47,367 nucleotides of DNA from NCBI RefSeq assembly GCF_001194135.2, contig NC_068987.1, positions 92,132,825 to 92,180,191 of the forward strand, written 5' to 3'. Below are positions 11,301 through 23,341 of the stretch, one piece after another. The notes beneath the pieces were generated by a model, which was not told where the DNA came from, did not search any database, and saw only the letters and a program-made list of their open reading frames with translations. This DNA is from Octopus bimaculoides. Its lineage: Eukaryota. The position numbers and the translations under genes are program-made. Position 1 is the first letter of the stretch. Every line of letters begins with the position of its first letter.

Positions 11301-12482
11301 ATAGTTTATCAATTTTCTCATATCGTTTTGATTAGACCCAAGGGAAATAACACACATCTAATGCTGAATATCAATAGGTAATGAGCTATGACACCATAAA
11401 CTTATTTCTCTAATGCAACACCGGAAATTCTAGGCGCCATTGTAAAAAAAAATTCACAATATATATATTGTTAGATTCTCTTGTTGAATAGTTGTCTATT
11501 ATCATTTGATGATTTTCCAGATATTTTTCTGGATATGAAATTTGAAATCAAATGTCGTTGTATAATCACTAATAGGGTCATACGAATAAATATTTCAATA
11601 TTCTTTATGATTTGAGCATTCTTAATTTGCTGATGGCTATGCAGCCTTATATATATATATATATATATNNNNNNNNNNNNNNNNNNNNNNNNNNNNNNNN
11701 NNNNNNNNNNNNNNNNNNNNNNNNNNNNNNNNNNNNNNNNNNNNNNNNNNNNNNNNNNNNNNNNNNNNNNNNNNNNNNNNNNNNNNNNNNNNNNNNNNNN
11801 NNNNNNNNNNNNNNNNNNNNNNNNNNNNNNNNNNNNNNNNNNNNNNNNNNNNNNNNNNNNNNNNNNNNNNNNNNNNNNNNNNNNNNNNNNNNNNNNNNNN
11901 NNNNNNNNNNNNNNNNNNNNNNNNNNNNNNNNNNNNNNNNNNNNNNNNNNNNNNNNNNNNNNNNNNNNNNNNNNNNNNNNNNNNNNNNNNNNNNNNNNNN
12001 NNNNNNNNNNNNNNNNNNNNNNNNNNNNNNNNNNNNNNNNNNNNNNNNNNNNNNNNNNNNNNNNNNNNNNNNNNNNNNNNNNNNNNNNNNNNNNNNNNNN
12101 NNNNNNNNNNNNNNNNNNNNNNNNNNNNNNNNNNNNNNNNNNNNNNNNNNNNNNNNNNNNNNNNNNNNNNNNNNNNNNNNNNNNNNNNNNNNNNNNNNNN
12201 NNNNNNNNNNNNNNNNNNNNNNNNNNNNNNNNNNNNNNNNNNNNNNNNNNNNNNNNNNNNNNNNNNNNNNNNNNNNNNNNNNNNNNNNNNNNNNNNNNNN
12301 NNNNNNNNNNNNNNNNNNNNNNNNNNNNNNNNNNNNNNNNNNNNNNNNNNNNNNNNNNNNNNNNNNNNNNNNNNNNNNNNNNNNNNNNNNNNNNNNNNNN
12401 NNNNNNNNNNNNNNNNNNNNNNNNNNNNNNNNNNNNNNNNNNNNNNNNNNNNNNNNNNNNNNNNNNNNNAAATCACAGAATA

Positions 12483-12515
<33 letters not shown>

Positions 12516-12644
12516 ATGTAGTTTGCACCTGAAAGACAATACTTTCAGGTATTCAGTGACGCCTCCATGCCCTCCAATTTTAAGACTATAAGATTTAAAA
12601 TTTGTATCAATTTTATATTTACTCGCTCTGAAGTTGATGAAATA

Positions 12645-12792
12645 TCTATTTGTACATTATTTACATTTGACTGATATTCGTCCTCATCTTGTTTGTTGTT
12701 AGCACAACATTTCGGCTGATATACTCTCCAGCCTTCATCAGGTGTCTTGGGGAAATTTCGAATCTGGTTTCTCATTCATAAGGTACTTTTCG
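12645..12792 (-). mobile_element. Short PLE-like (Penelope pLTR-type) element carrying a hammerhead motif
   Basis: Minus strand reads ..CAAGACAC-CTGATGA-A-GGCTG-GAGAGTATAT-CAGCC-GAAATGT-T-GTGCT.. and abuts a trinucleotide array. Confidence 0.65.
12701..12750 (-). ncRNA. Minimal type I hammerhead ribozyme-like motif (partly decayed)
   Basis: Intact CUGAUGA core, perfect 5-bp stem II and GAAA. The stem III palindrome ACGU has decayed to AUGU. Stem I is GACAC/GUGCU with one mismatch. Confidence 0.6.
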
Positions 12793-12793
12793 A

Positions 12794-12823
12794 TGTCGTT
12801 GTCGTCGTCGTTGTTGTTGTTCA

Positions 12824-12860
<37 letters not shown>

Positions 12861-12981
12861 CTTCTTCTTCTTCTTCTTCTTCTTCTTCTTCTTCTTCTTC
12901 TTCTTCTTCTTCTTCTTCTTCTTCTTCTTCTTCTTCATCTTCTTCTCATTATCATCATCATCATCATCATCATCGTCATCA

Positions 12982-13014
<33 letters not shown>
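12794..13014. repeat. Compound trinucleotide array (GTC)-(GTT)-(CTT)-(CAT)-(ATT)
   Basis: Directly visible. Source of the poly-L/F/S/K/N/D ORFs. Confidence 0.95.
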
Positions 13015-13504
13015 NNNNNNNNNNNNNNNNNNNNNNNNNNNNNNNNNNNNNNNNNNNNNNNNNNNNNNNNNNNNNNNNNNNNNNNNNNNNNNNNNNNNNN
13101 NNNNNNNNNNNNNNNNNNNNNNNNNNNNNNNNNNNNNNNNNNNNNNNNNNNNNNNNNNNNNNNNNNNNNNNNNNNNNNNNNNNNNNNNNNNNNNNNNNNN
13201 NNNNNNNNNNNNNNNNNNGGTTGGGCATAAATATAGGATATTTCCAGAGAAGTACTCAACCCGAGTTCTGTCGGACACGTACCGAAATTCTTCAGGTGTA
13301 GAAAATCCTGGTTTCACGACGGTAATACCGTTGTGTGAGTTTAGCAAAGAGTAAAATATAATCCGAATAAGAAGAGAATGAAATATTCTCTAAAAGTTCG
13401 TGAGAGATCTACCTGGGGTGGAGGTAGGTGCCTTCAAATGAAAACTGGATCTCCTCCAATCAAAAGTTCCGGATGAACATATCTCGCGACAAGAAACGCT
13501 GATG

Positions 13505-13807
13505 ACGTGGTGAGCTGGCAGAAACGTTAGTACGCCGGGTGAAATGCTTAGCGGTATTTAGTCTGCCGTTATATTCTGAGTTCAAATTCCACCAAGGTTG
13601 ATTTTGCCTTTCATCCTTTTCGGGGTCGATAAATTAAGTACCAGTTACGCACTGGGGTCGATGTAATAGATTCAATCCCTTTGNNNNNNNNNNCGATAAA
13701 TTAAGTACCAGTTACGCACTGGGGTCGATGTAATAGATTCAATCCCTTTGTCTGTCCTTGTTTGTCTCCTCTATGTTTAGCCCCTTGTGAGCAATAAAGA
13801 AATAAGA
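13505..13807 (+). mobile_element. tRNA-derived SINE (family D, tail type GCAATAAAGAAATAAGA)
   Basis: Head GGTGAGCTGGCAGAAACGTTAG and B box GAGTTCAAATTCC. The central GCCTTTCATCCTTTTCGGGGTCGATAAATTAAGTACCAG block resembles, from memory, the Deu/Nin SINE domain (unverified). 57 bp are duplicated across an N-gap. Confidence 0.88.
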
Positions 13808-15225
13808 TGATGGTAGCTGCCCATCAACTCCCTCATTCACCAAATACCAAATGTCAGATGAGGTTCCAGGTAGTGAAATTGTAGTAAAACTAACGGCAGT
13901 GACCCAGAATAGACGCAGCTCTCGAGCTTAAAGTAGTAAAGGATAAAAGCTGTAAATACAGATAGAGAGAGCGAGCAACAGGCAGACAGGTAGGTATATA
14001 AAACTGAAAAAATACAGGAAATATATTTGTTAATTTAATGGTCCAAGTTCTTAAGGACACATTTGAATAAGAAATGCGTTAGTTTTACAATTTCCTGGTT
14101 TATTACTGTGTTTAACTTATCATTAGCGAGATGGCTGAAGAAACATAGAACATTGCAATCTAGAATCTGCCACAAGTGATTGTTTAATAACAAACATAAA
14201 AATTCTGACTGAAAGTATTAATACAATGGAATTTCTTATAGCCGAAACATATGCTGAAATCTATATATTTTCACATACTCGATCACGTATAAAAGAACAC
14301 ATACATGCTATAATATATGTACACACTAATGCATAAAAAGCTTAAAGAAAATACGATAATGAACGAAGAATCGCCATTAGTTTAGTTTTTTACAAGGAGG
14401 CTTGCTTGTATTTCTGAAATGGTCACAAGCGAAGCAATGAAGAAATAAATTCATTTAACAATTCATGTCTCTCTTCGCGCTGTTGTAAATCTGAAGAACG
14501 TTTGTTATGTTAGAAAACCAATAATTAGAAGGAGTATCTACGTGGTTTCAGTAAATACAGCCAATCAACCTTGTTTGCACGCTGTTAAGATGAATGGAAT
14601 TATAACAGGCTTCCGTAATCCGATAACTTTGAAATTAATGCGTGATTGCGAACGTTTCTTAAATGATTTTAGACGTCTAATTTACTCAGCCTAATTAAAA
14701 TGCTTCCATTCTCTGTTAGAAAATCACGCACACCCACACTCCTTTCTCTTGCCACATGTATAAGTATACACAATTATTTACATACTATACAGAAATCATC
14801 CATACACTCACATACAAATAACACATACAAAGTGCATATATGTAGTGTGTGTATACATATTTATATACACATATAAATACGCTCACTCTGTATAGGTACG
14901 TGTGTGTGCATGTGTGCATGTGTGTTCATTTAGTCCTTTAAATCTCTAGTTTGTCTCATCCTTCCAATAAATATACCGGAGAACCGTCTTCGTTTCAGAA
15001 TGTTTTTGTTTCGTAACTGGGTCTGACGAACGTTTTAATGTTATTTTGCTTTCTATGTATGTAACATTTTTAATTAGCGGATCAACAAATCGTGGGTTTC
15101 GGAGGCATATTTTGAAAATAGCTGATTGGGATGCGGAGATTATAATGAATCAAGGGAAAATTAATGGTAAACCTTGATTTTGGATTACAAATTTAGGAGA
15201 AAAGAAGGCATTTTGGCAATAAATT

Positions 15226-15779
15226 TTGGGTTCTGAATATAATTCTATCAACGAGGTTGTTTTTGTTTTATTTAATGATAAAATTTGGGTCAATGTAATC
15301 GAGGAATATTCACGCATTCACAATTATGATTCCTGTCTGCATATAAAATCAGATATTTTTCTTGATGTCGTTCCAGATCATAAGGGTATAATTCACAGGT
15401 GCTTCGGTCGCACGGTCAAGGTCATGAAGTTAAAGTTTCGATCTCAATGCATAGCAACCTATAAAGGTGTCTTTTACCGTATCAGGGTATCTACCAATGC
15501 ATTTGGAGTGAGGTTCGTTGGACATAACATCCGCAAAATCCCTTTCAATGAACTGTACTCATAATTTCGAGGTCCAACTTTGTTACTCTCACGTTCATTT
15601 TGCTCAATAACTACATTCGATTACTTGTCTTTGTGAAATGATCGACCATTTACGTATTTATGAGAAAAGTGAACATTCAGCTTCGAAACCAACGTGGCAA
15701 CTTACCGTTGTTATATTATTTACAATCTCAGCAATTGGTAACAAAACTTGGCAGTAGTAACTTAGACAGACCAAATTAA
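15226..15779 (+). pseudogene. Decayed extended-Tudor-domain-like coding segment (TDRD-like)
   Basis: ORF 15226-15564 ends KFRSQCIATYKGVFYRIRV..GVRFVGHNIRKIPFNELYS, matching the Tudor pattern C.A.Y/F....WYRA.V....V.FVDYGN.E.V...EL. It continues through a stop to ..SFCSI, then after a frameshift to K*STIYVFMRKV..SQQLVTKLG. Manual alignment only. Confidence 0.42.
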
Positions 15780-17112
15780 TTACATCAACAAACTTACTGT
15801 CAATTTTCAGATCACAAAATTTCAAAGTACACCGCCATTAAGTTATATGAAGTTTGTTGACAGCCTGTGGATCATTGACAAACTTAAATTGCTGAAAGAC
15901 TTAAAGATAGGTTGATATCTGTTTTTGACAAACTTGATCCTAGGTGAAAGATATATCTCATTTCCAAAACATGAGCTTGTTCAGAGTTTCAAATTGTTCA
16001 GTTAATAGGCTCAGTTCATAATAGTTCATTTAGGATATTTTGTCTGTAGTAGAGGATATTATATTGTGGGACATTGAGTGACATGTTCTTACAATTCTGC
16101 CGATAAATTATAACATTTAGGCCTGTTACAAACACATAGATTCCTTCGTTTGTCTAGGTTCTCGCCATCAGTTTATTGTGGTTGCAACATATACTCCTCA
16201 TGAACGATTGCATACTGGTATCAACACTCTGTTGCCGGTGTATATAAGCTTCGATCGAATGATTTTGTTATTGGGTTTGGAAAACGATCTAACATTCTTC
16301 AAGTTTAACAACTGTCATGTAAGCAGGTCATTATTCCTGTGAGTAACAAATTAAATATCAAATGATTTATCCTTATCTTTTGTATTGATTTTGCAGGGCG
16401 TGAACTTCGTCTTACGTTTCCTCAGATGTGCAGCTTTATTCATTACAATATATATATATATANNNNNNNNNNNNNNNNNNNNNNNNNNNNNNNNNNNNNN
16501 NNNNNNNNNNNNNNNNNNNNNNNNNNNNNNNNNNNNNNNNNNNNNNNNNNNNNNNNNNNNNNNNNNNNNNNNNNNNNNNNNNNNNNNNNNNNNNNNNNNN
16601 NNNNNNNNNNNNNNNNNNNNNNNNNNNNNNNNNNNNNNNNNNNNNNNNNNNNNNNNNNNNNNNNNNNNNNNNNNNNNNNNNNNNNNNNNNNNNNNNNNNN
16701 NNNNNNNNNNNNNNNNNNNNNNNNNNNNNNNNNNNNNNNNNNNNNNNNNNNNNNNNNNNNNNNNNNNNNNNNNNNNNNNNNNNNNNNNNNNNNNNNNNNN
16801 NNNNNNNNNNNNNNNNNNNNNNNNNNNNNNNNNNNNNNNNNNNNNNNNNNNNNNNNNNNNNNNNNNNNNNNNNNNNNNNNNNNNNNNNNNNNNNNNNNNN
16901 NNNNNNNNNNNNNNNNNNNNNNNNNNNNNNNNNNNNNNNNNNNNNNNNNNNNNNNNNNNNNNNNNNNNNNNNNNNNNNNNNNNGGCACTTAATATGTACA
17001 TAATATAGATGATAATGCTGGTGATGGTAAACATTTTAGGAAACAATACATACCTTAACTCGCAAATTATAGGAAATGAACTTGTTCCTCTACGTTTCGA
17101 ATTCCTCATCCA

Positions 17113-17377
17113 GCAAGTCTGCCGGGTGCCTACAGCTGAATCAACCTATTTACAGACACTTGATGGACAACTTGGTACATACCTGCTGAAAATAGCAGCA
17201 AGTGTCATGACCACAACCACTAGCACCAACTCCACTACATCTTTTACTATTTCCGATGGTCCCACAAAAGATCATGGATATTGCTCCACTGAACAAGTCA
17301 TCAAAGTAGAAAGTGATCCTGTAACTAAGCCACACACAAATGAAAAGAAAAGAGAATCATTTCCTTCAAAGAATTAA
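17113..17377 (+). CDS. Candidate exon or coding relic (unknown protein, S/T-rich)
   Basis: Pyrimidine-rich acceptor ..TTCCTCATCCAG| followed by 87 open codons (QVCRVPTAES..DHGYC..VIKVESD..SKN*). A competing minus-strand exon is also possible. Confidence 0.25.
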
Positions 17378-18691
17378 ATCTGGCAACATGGCAGAGTGGC
17401 AAAATATATTCTCTTGAAATAATCAGCATATTCTAATAAGAAGTGTGTGGTTTGGGAGTTTCAAGTTAGGTAGTTCTAGAATGTAATACGCTGTTTCTAT
17501 TGTATGAGGTCCTGAGAGAGATGACTAATTACCACGATGTATACAAACACTACTTGTAGCCATTAGGCATTTGAGGTTCAATGTGAATAGATTGACTCAA
17601 TGTGCAATTAAGTTCTACAATTAAAATTGTTGAGTAAGAGCCCTTGCAGAAGTTGGCTGTCAGTTATAGTTATCGTCATTAATTTACCACTTTGTCAGTG
17701 GTTTACAATTAAATTAATATCGTGCATGCGAAACAGGCTGTGCAGAATAATGAATAATAAACTTGCCGATAACATACATCGAAATGAAATTTTAATAAAC
17801 ACGGGAATTACAACAACTTACCTTTGTGATTTCCCTCCATCAAAATAGGCAGTAATTGTACCTGGTCAAATACAAGTCCCTAAAGATGTTGAACTATCAT
17901 CAAGGAAGGTAGCACAGGCTTTTAGTTTGTTGCTAAAACACAAAACGGCATTAAAGTTTCGAGTCTTAAACATCGAACTAGTAACGGGTGTGCGAAGAAC
18001 ATCAAAGATATTCATATATGCTCTAAAAAACAGTTCAACTTCAAGTAGATATCCTAGAAGAAGCTTTGGGATCGAGGCTGCAACCTAAAAAATTATTTTC
18101 TATTTGCAGAACGATATTAATCTTATACCTTGTTCTACATCATAACTAAAAAACACAGCAAATAAATCGTCGTTCTCAAATCGCGCGCACACTTATTTTG
18201 GTATATTTCCGTTGTCTTCAACAATGGAATTCAATGTAAATCGGTCTGAACAAAATACTATATGGTCAAGAGTTCTTGGTGAGCGCTAAAGTGGGGAACA
18301 ATTAATAGTAACAGTGTCGGACACATTCGTTCTTTGCGGAGTCGTTAAAGAATTTATGTAGTCTTTTTACTCTTCGCATCTTGAGCTTCTTAAACACACC
18401 GTTTTGTTTGCCTTTGTGTTCTTAAACATTGTTTTGTGTTCTTAAATGCATTCTTTTGTTTTCCGTTCTTATTTGCCCCATCATAATTGCTGTCACTTTA
18501 CTTTTCGTAGCAACTTACTTGTCTAGATGACACGCCTCCAATGTCGTCAATTTTCCACCGCGAAAGATTCCCTATATCCCGTAGTTTTATATACATACAT
18601 ACATACATACATACATACATACATACATACATAATATTCACATACCATCATACATACATACCATACCATACATACATACATAGTATACACA

Positions 18692-21000
18692 TATCATCAT
18701 CATCATTTGACGCCCGCTTTCCAAGATGGCATCGGTTAGACAGTTTGAGCTGCACCACGTTCCAATCTGATTTGGCATGGTTTCTATGGCTGGATGCCTT
18801 TCCTAACAACAACGGCTCCAAGAGTGTAATGGGTGCTTTTTACGTGCCACAGGCCGTTTACATGTCACAAGCAACAGACACGATTACGATTTCACTTGGC
18901 TTGACGAGTCTTCTCAAGCACAGCATGACATCAAAGGTCTCGGTCACTTGTCATCAACTCCATTAGCCCCAACATTGAAAGATCGTCCTTCACCACCTCG
19001 CCCCATGTCTTCCTGGGTTTACCTCTTCCACAGGTTCCCTCCACAGTTGGAGATCAGCACTTCTTTACACAAATGTCTTCGTCCATACGCATCACATGAC
19101 CATACCAGTGCATTCATGTCTCTTGCACTCCACATCTGATGCTTCTTACGCCCAATTTTCCTCTCAAGGCATTTACGCTCTGTCACTCATGCACACAGAC
19201 ATTGCTCATCCAGCGAAGCATACGGGCTTGATTTCTTTCAAGCCCTCGCGTGTCCTCTACGGTCACACACCACGTTTCACTGCCATGGAGCACAGCTGTT
19301 TGCACACACGCGTCATACATTCTGCCTTTCATTCTGAGGGGGAGGACCTTTGTTACCAATAGAAGTAGAAACTCTCTGAACTTTGCCCAGCCTATTTTTG
19401 TTCTAGCAGCTACGCTCTCAGAGCATGCACCTCCATGACTGACTTGGTCATCCAGTTAATGAAAGCTATCACCTACTTCTAGTTACACCCCACCCCCGTC
19501 GTCAGATGGAGTCTATTTTCTGTACATTTGTAGTGTTCATTGTACCTGTGCATCTGCCACACAAAGGCTATTTTGCCTGTTAACATTGCTCTGATGTCGC
19601 TGCACCCTTTATGTATCCATAGTTTTCAGCGGGTATATCTTGTGGAATTTCTACCTACATCTTCTCTACAAATCGAGCAGGGCCATCAGCTGGGTGGGAT
19701 TTGTGATTAGTCCATTACTTACTAAGACTTTAGTTTTTGCTAGATTAAATCTAGAGCCCTTTCATTCTAGATCTTGCTCCCACACTTGAAATTTCTCCTC
19801 TAGTTCTGGAAGTGATTCCGCTATGAGAACAAGATTATCACCAGAAAGGAGTTCACAGGAGCAGTCCATTTTAAATGCCACTATTATTGCCTGGAGGACT
19901 ATGATGAATAAGAGACGGCTGAGGACTGATCCTTGGTGAACTCCTAGTTGTACCTTGATTTCATCGCTATACTGGTTGCCAACTCTCATCTTCTTCACAG
20001 CGACCCTGTATATCTCTTGCATAGCTCTCACCAGCCACTCCTCTATCCCTAGTTTCCGCATTGTCCACCAGATAAGAGAGCGGAGAACTCTGTCAAAGGC
20101 TTTGTCCATGTCAATAAATGCCAAGAACAGAGGTCTAGTTTTGGTTAGATACTGCTCTTCCAGCTGCCTTACCAGAAATATAGCACCAGTGGTACTTCTT
20201 CCTGGCACAAGACCAAACTGCATCTCATCTAGACTAACTATGTTCCTAATTAGTTGGTCTAAGTCCCTCTCCGTAGGTCTCATCGCCTGATCCAACACTT
20301 TGGTATCTGTGTAATTATTTCTGTCTAAATTGTCACCTTTACCTTTGTAGCAGTTGACTATGATGCTACACCAGCCATTGAATGTGTCTCCTTCGTCTAC
20401 AGCCTGGTTAAATATAGAGGTGATTAAGCCATCGCCCACACCACCTAATATTTTAAACATCTAAACGGTGATTCCTGAGGGACCAGGGGCTTCTCTGGTC
20501 TTGATATCCTTAATGGCTTTATCTATCATGCTACTGTTTAGATTGCTGGTCCCTCTGTTGGCTCCACAATAGGCAGACTCTCTTTCTCCCATGCTTTCTC
20601 TACATTTAGTAGCTTTTCATAGTGACACTTCCAAACAGCCTCTTTCCTTGCAGAAACCCTAACTACAAGTGAACCATCATCGATGCTCACCAACAATATC
20701 CCAAATTTCCCTGGCATACTGTCTTGTAAGCCGAAACACTTTACGCCGCTGGTTGTCACGCTGTATAACATTGCCAAATTTCTTTCTTTCTGATTCACCC
20801 CGTTACCGTCACCGTTCCAGTCCTTCCAAGCCGGGTTCTTTACTCTAATAGCACTGTGAACTACACTGTTCCACCACGACATCACTCTAGGTCTGGTAGG
20901 AGCCTTGCACCAACCATAGATTTGGTCTGTGGCTCATAGAAAGTTGTCCTGTAGGAACTTCTAGTTATCCTCTAAATTGTAAGTATGTAACTCCTCCTCC
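18692..21000 (-). mobile_element. RTE-clade LINE, 5'-truncated or gap-interrupted, defective
   Basis: RT motifs DEMQFGLVPGRSTTGAIF, FIDMDKAFDRV, GVHQGSVLSRLLFIIV and ELLSGDNLVL (YADD destroyed). C-terminal WYGHVMRM..RGKPRKTW, stop at ~18892, then a 3' UTR and an (ATG)n tail at ~18693-18706. Confidence 0.92.
19762..20460 (-). pseudogene. RTE reverse transcriptase fragment (catalytically dead)
   Basis: 232-aa ORF with RT blocks; the catalytic YADD motif reads SGDN. Confidence 0.9.
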
Positions 21001-21753
21001 TAATCAAATAGTAGTGTTATATATATATATATATATATATAACTTACTTAGNNNNNNNNNNNNNNNNNNNNNNNNNNNNNNNNNNNNNNNNNNNNNNNNN
21101 NNNNNNNNNNNNNNNNNNNNNNNNNNNNNNNNNNNNNNNNNNNNNNNNNNNNNNNNNNNNNNNNNNNNNNNNNNNNNNNNNNNNNNNNNNNNNNNNNNNN
21201 NNNNNNNNNNNNNNNNNNNNNNNNNNNNNNNNNNNNNNNNNNNNNNNNNNNNNNNNNNNNNNNNNNNNNNNNNNNNNNNNNNNNNNNNNNNNNNNNNNNN
21301 NNNNNNNNNNNNNNNNNNNNNNNNNNNNNNNNNNNNNNNNNNNNNNNNNNNNNNNNNNNNNNNNNNNNNNNNNNNNNNNNNNNNNNNNNNNNNNNNNNNN
21401 NNNNNNNNNNNNNNNNNNNNNNNNNNNNNNNNNNNNNNNNNNNNNNNNNNNNNNNNNNNNNNNNNNNNNNNNNNNNNNNNNNNNNNNNNNNNNNNNNNNN
21501 NNNNNNNNNNNNNNNNNNNNNNNNNNNNNNNNNNNNNNNNNNNNNNNNNNNNNNNNNNNNNNNNNNNNNNNNNNNNNNNNNNNNNNNNNNNNNNNNNNNN
21601 NNNNNNNNNNNNNNNNNNNNNNNNNNNNNNNNNNNNNNNNGAATGTGTATATGAGTGTGTGTTTGAGTGTTTTTTGTGTCGGTGGGGATGTTAGGTGTGT
21701 GTACGTGAGACTGTGCGTATATCTCTTTGTCTGAGTGTGTATGTGTTGTTTTG

Positions 21754-21796
<43 letters not shown>

Positions 21797-21839
21797 AATA
21801 AGGTATTCAAAGATCTGGATAGTTGTACATATACTATAT

Positions 21840-22000
21840 ATATATGCATATGTGGGCACAGGACATCATGAAACGTATACAACAAAAAAGTACGAAGCAC
21901 GAGTACACGGAACATGAACTGTTCTTTCGAACAACGAAAGGCACAAATGGAAAAAAGAATAAAGAAAAACAACATGAAGAATGACCCTTCATCAGTTGCT
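21840..22000 (-). mobile_element. Highly degraded PLE-like 3' end
   Basis: Minus-strand CTGATGAAGGG core without a recognisable GAAAC, followed by a T-rich tail loosely similar to that of 23342-23550. Confidence 0.25.
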
Positions 22001-22749
22001 AGCTGTTTTTTAGTCTCGAATTTCGAGCATTTAACAATTTACGCTTTCGATAAAATAGTTGCTCCCGCAAAGCAAATTAATTAATGTTTGGGATTTTGCA
22101 AAGGGTCAAAATAGGTAACATAAACAGGACACTGAAAATAAACAGGAAGGTCTGCTAAGCCTAAACGAGGTTGTGGTGGCGATCACGTAAATCAAACTAG
22201 GACAAGAGACTTTTTACTCAAGAATCTTAATACTATACAGGCTGGTGTGTTTAAAGTCGTGTTGAAAAAATTCTTAAACTATGAAAATACTTTATGATTG
22301 ATAAAGTGCAGACGTGGATACTTGGTCAATTGGTGTAAATCACCTGATGGTGGTGACGGTGGTGTTGGTCTTAGCTAATGGTGTTGATATATTCGTTGCC
22401 TTAGTACTGCGTTTGGAGCGAAGATTAGTTGTCGAATTTTACTGATGGTAATTGGTAGTAAATTTAAATTGAGATAGAAATTAAAATTTGCTTATTTGGT
22501 CTTTAATTAAATGTAGTGTTAATTTGGCATGGGTGTCATTTTCCCAAGTGGAAATTTGTGAACATTTCTCTGCTTGAATTTAGGTGATTATTGATTTCAT
22601 TGGAGCGGGTTACCTTGATCCCTCTTTGCAATACATAAGCTACTTCACTACGACCCATTTGTAGAGGAACTTCCATTTGATGTTGAATTTGCAAACACGC
22701 AATCTGTTAGTGTACTTAGTTAACTTCGAACACACACACACAATGTAAG

Positions 22750-23340
22750 GAAACATACCTCAGTAATCTCCCTCCACCGCCAACATAACTTCTGTTTTCG
22801 AATTCCCTCTTAGACACCCTATAAGCGTTTATGGATTAGACTCTTTCCCTCCCTCTAATAATTGCTTTCTCGTTTCTCGTTTCTCACTGACTAATCTTCC
22901 TGTAGTTCTATAGTCATTGTCACCAAGATTCCACATCTATTCACAAACCCAACAAAAGTTGACCACCCTTCAATTACTAACATCCCACTTCTACTGATCT
23001 TTCAAAACTCTCTGTAACTATCTCCCTAATACATTGATTCTTAATCCCCTCCATCTATCTGAACTGACTCTGTCATCTCCTTTCACCCTTCTTTGCCTCC
23101 ACACTCACCATAACCTCAAGGAGCCTCCTACTTCCACTCTCTTATACGGCTTGCTCTCTACATTTAACATTCAAACTTTAAACTGCTCTGCGTCATGATC
23201 TGAAATGTAAGACATTTCTCTACCCTGATGACGGAGGCTTGATTTCTAATGGTGCCTTCTAATGGTGGAAGCCTGAACTATAACGGGTATGTCCCACAGA
23301 AAACGTTTCCGGTTACTTTGGATACCCCCTGGTATAAATA
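22750..23340 (+). mobile_element. CT-rich PLE-like 3' region with a degraded hammerhead motif
   Basis: A pyrimidine-rich tract leads to TACC-CTGATGA-CGG-AGGCTT..AAGCCT-GAAC-TATAACG-GGTA. An internal 11-bp duplication (TTCTAATGGTG) lies in the stem II loop. Confidence 0.35.
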
Positions 23341-23341
23341 T

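Noticed and set aside
13247-13320. Candidate + exon KYSTRVLSDTYRNSSGVENPGFTT; similarly 32546-32573 (YSFMIWKFG)
   Set aside because: Short, with several frames open and no recognisable family; indistinguishable from chance AG/GT pairs.
13627-13750. 57-bp direct repeat inside the SINE at 13505
   Set aside because: Identical copies on either side of a 10-N gap: an unmerged contig overlap, not a biological duplication.
17113-17200. Faint similarity of VCRVPTAESTYLQTLDGQLGTYLL to the E2F marked-box region
   Set aside because: Needs gaps, gives few identities, and I found no E2F DNA-binding-domain exon upstream.
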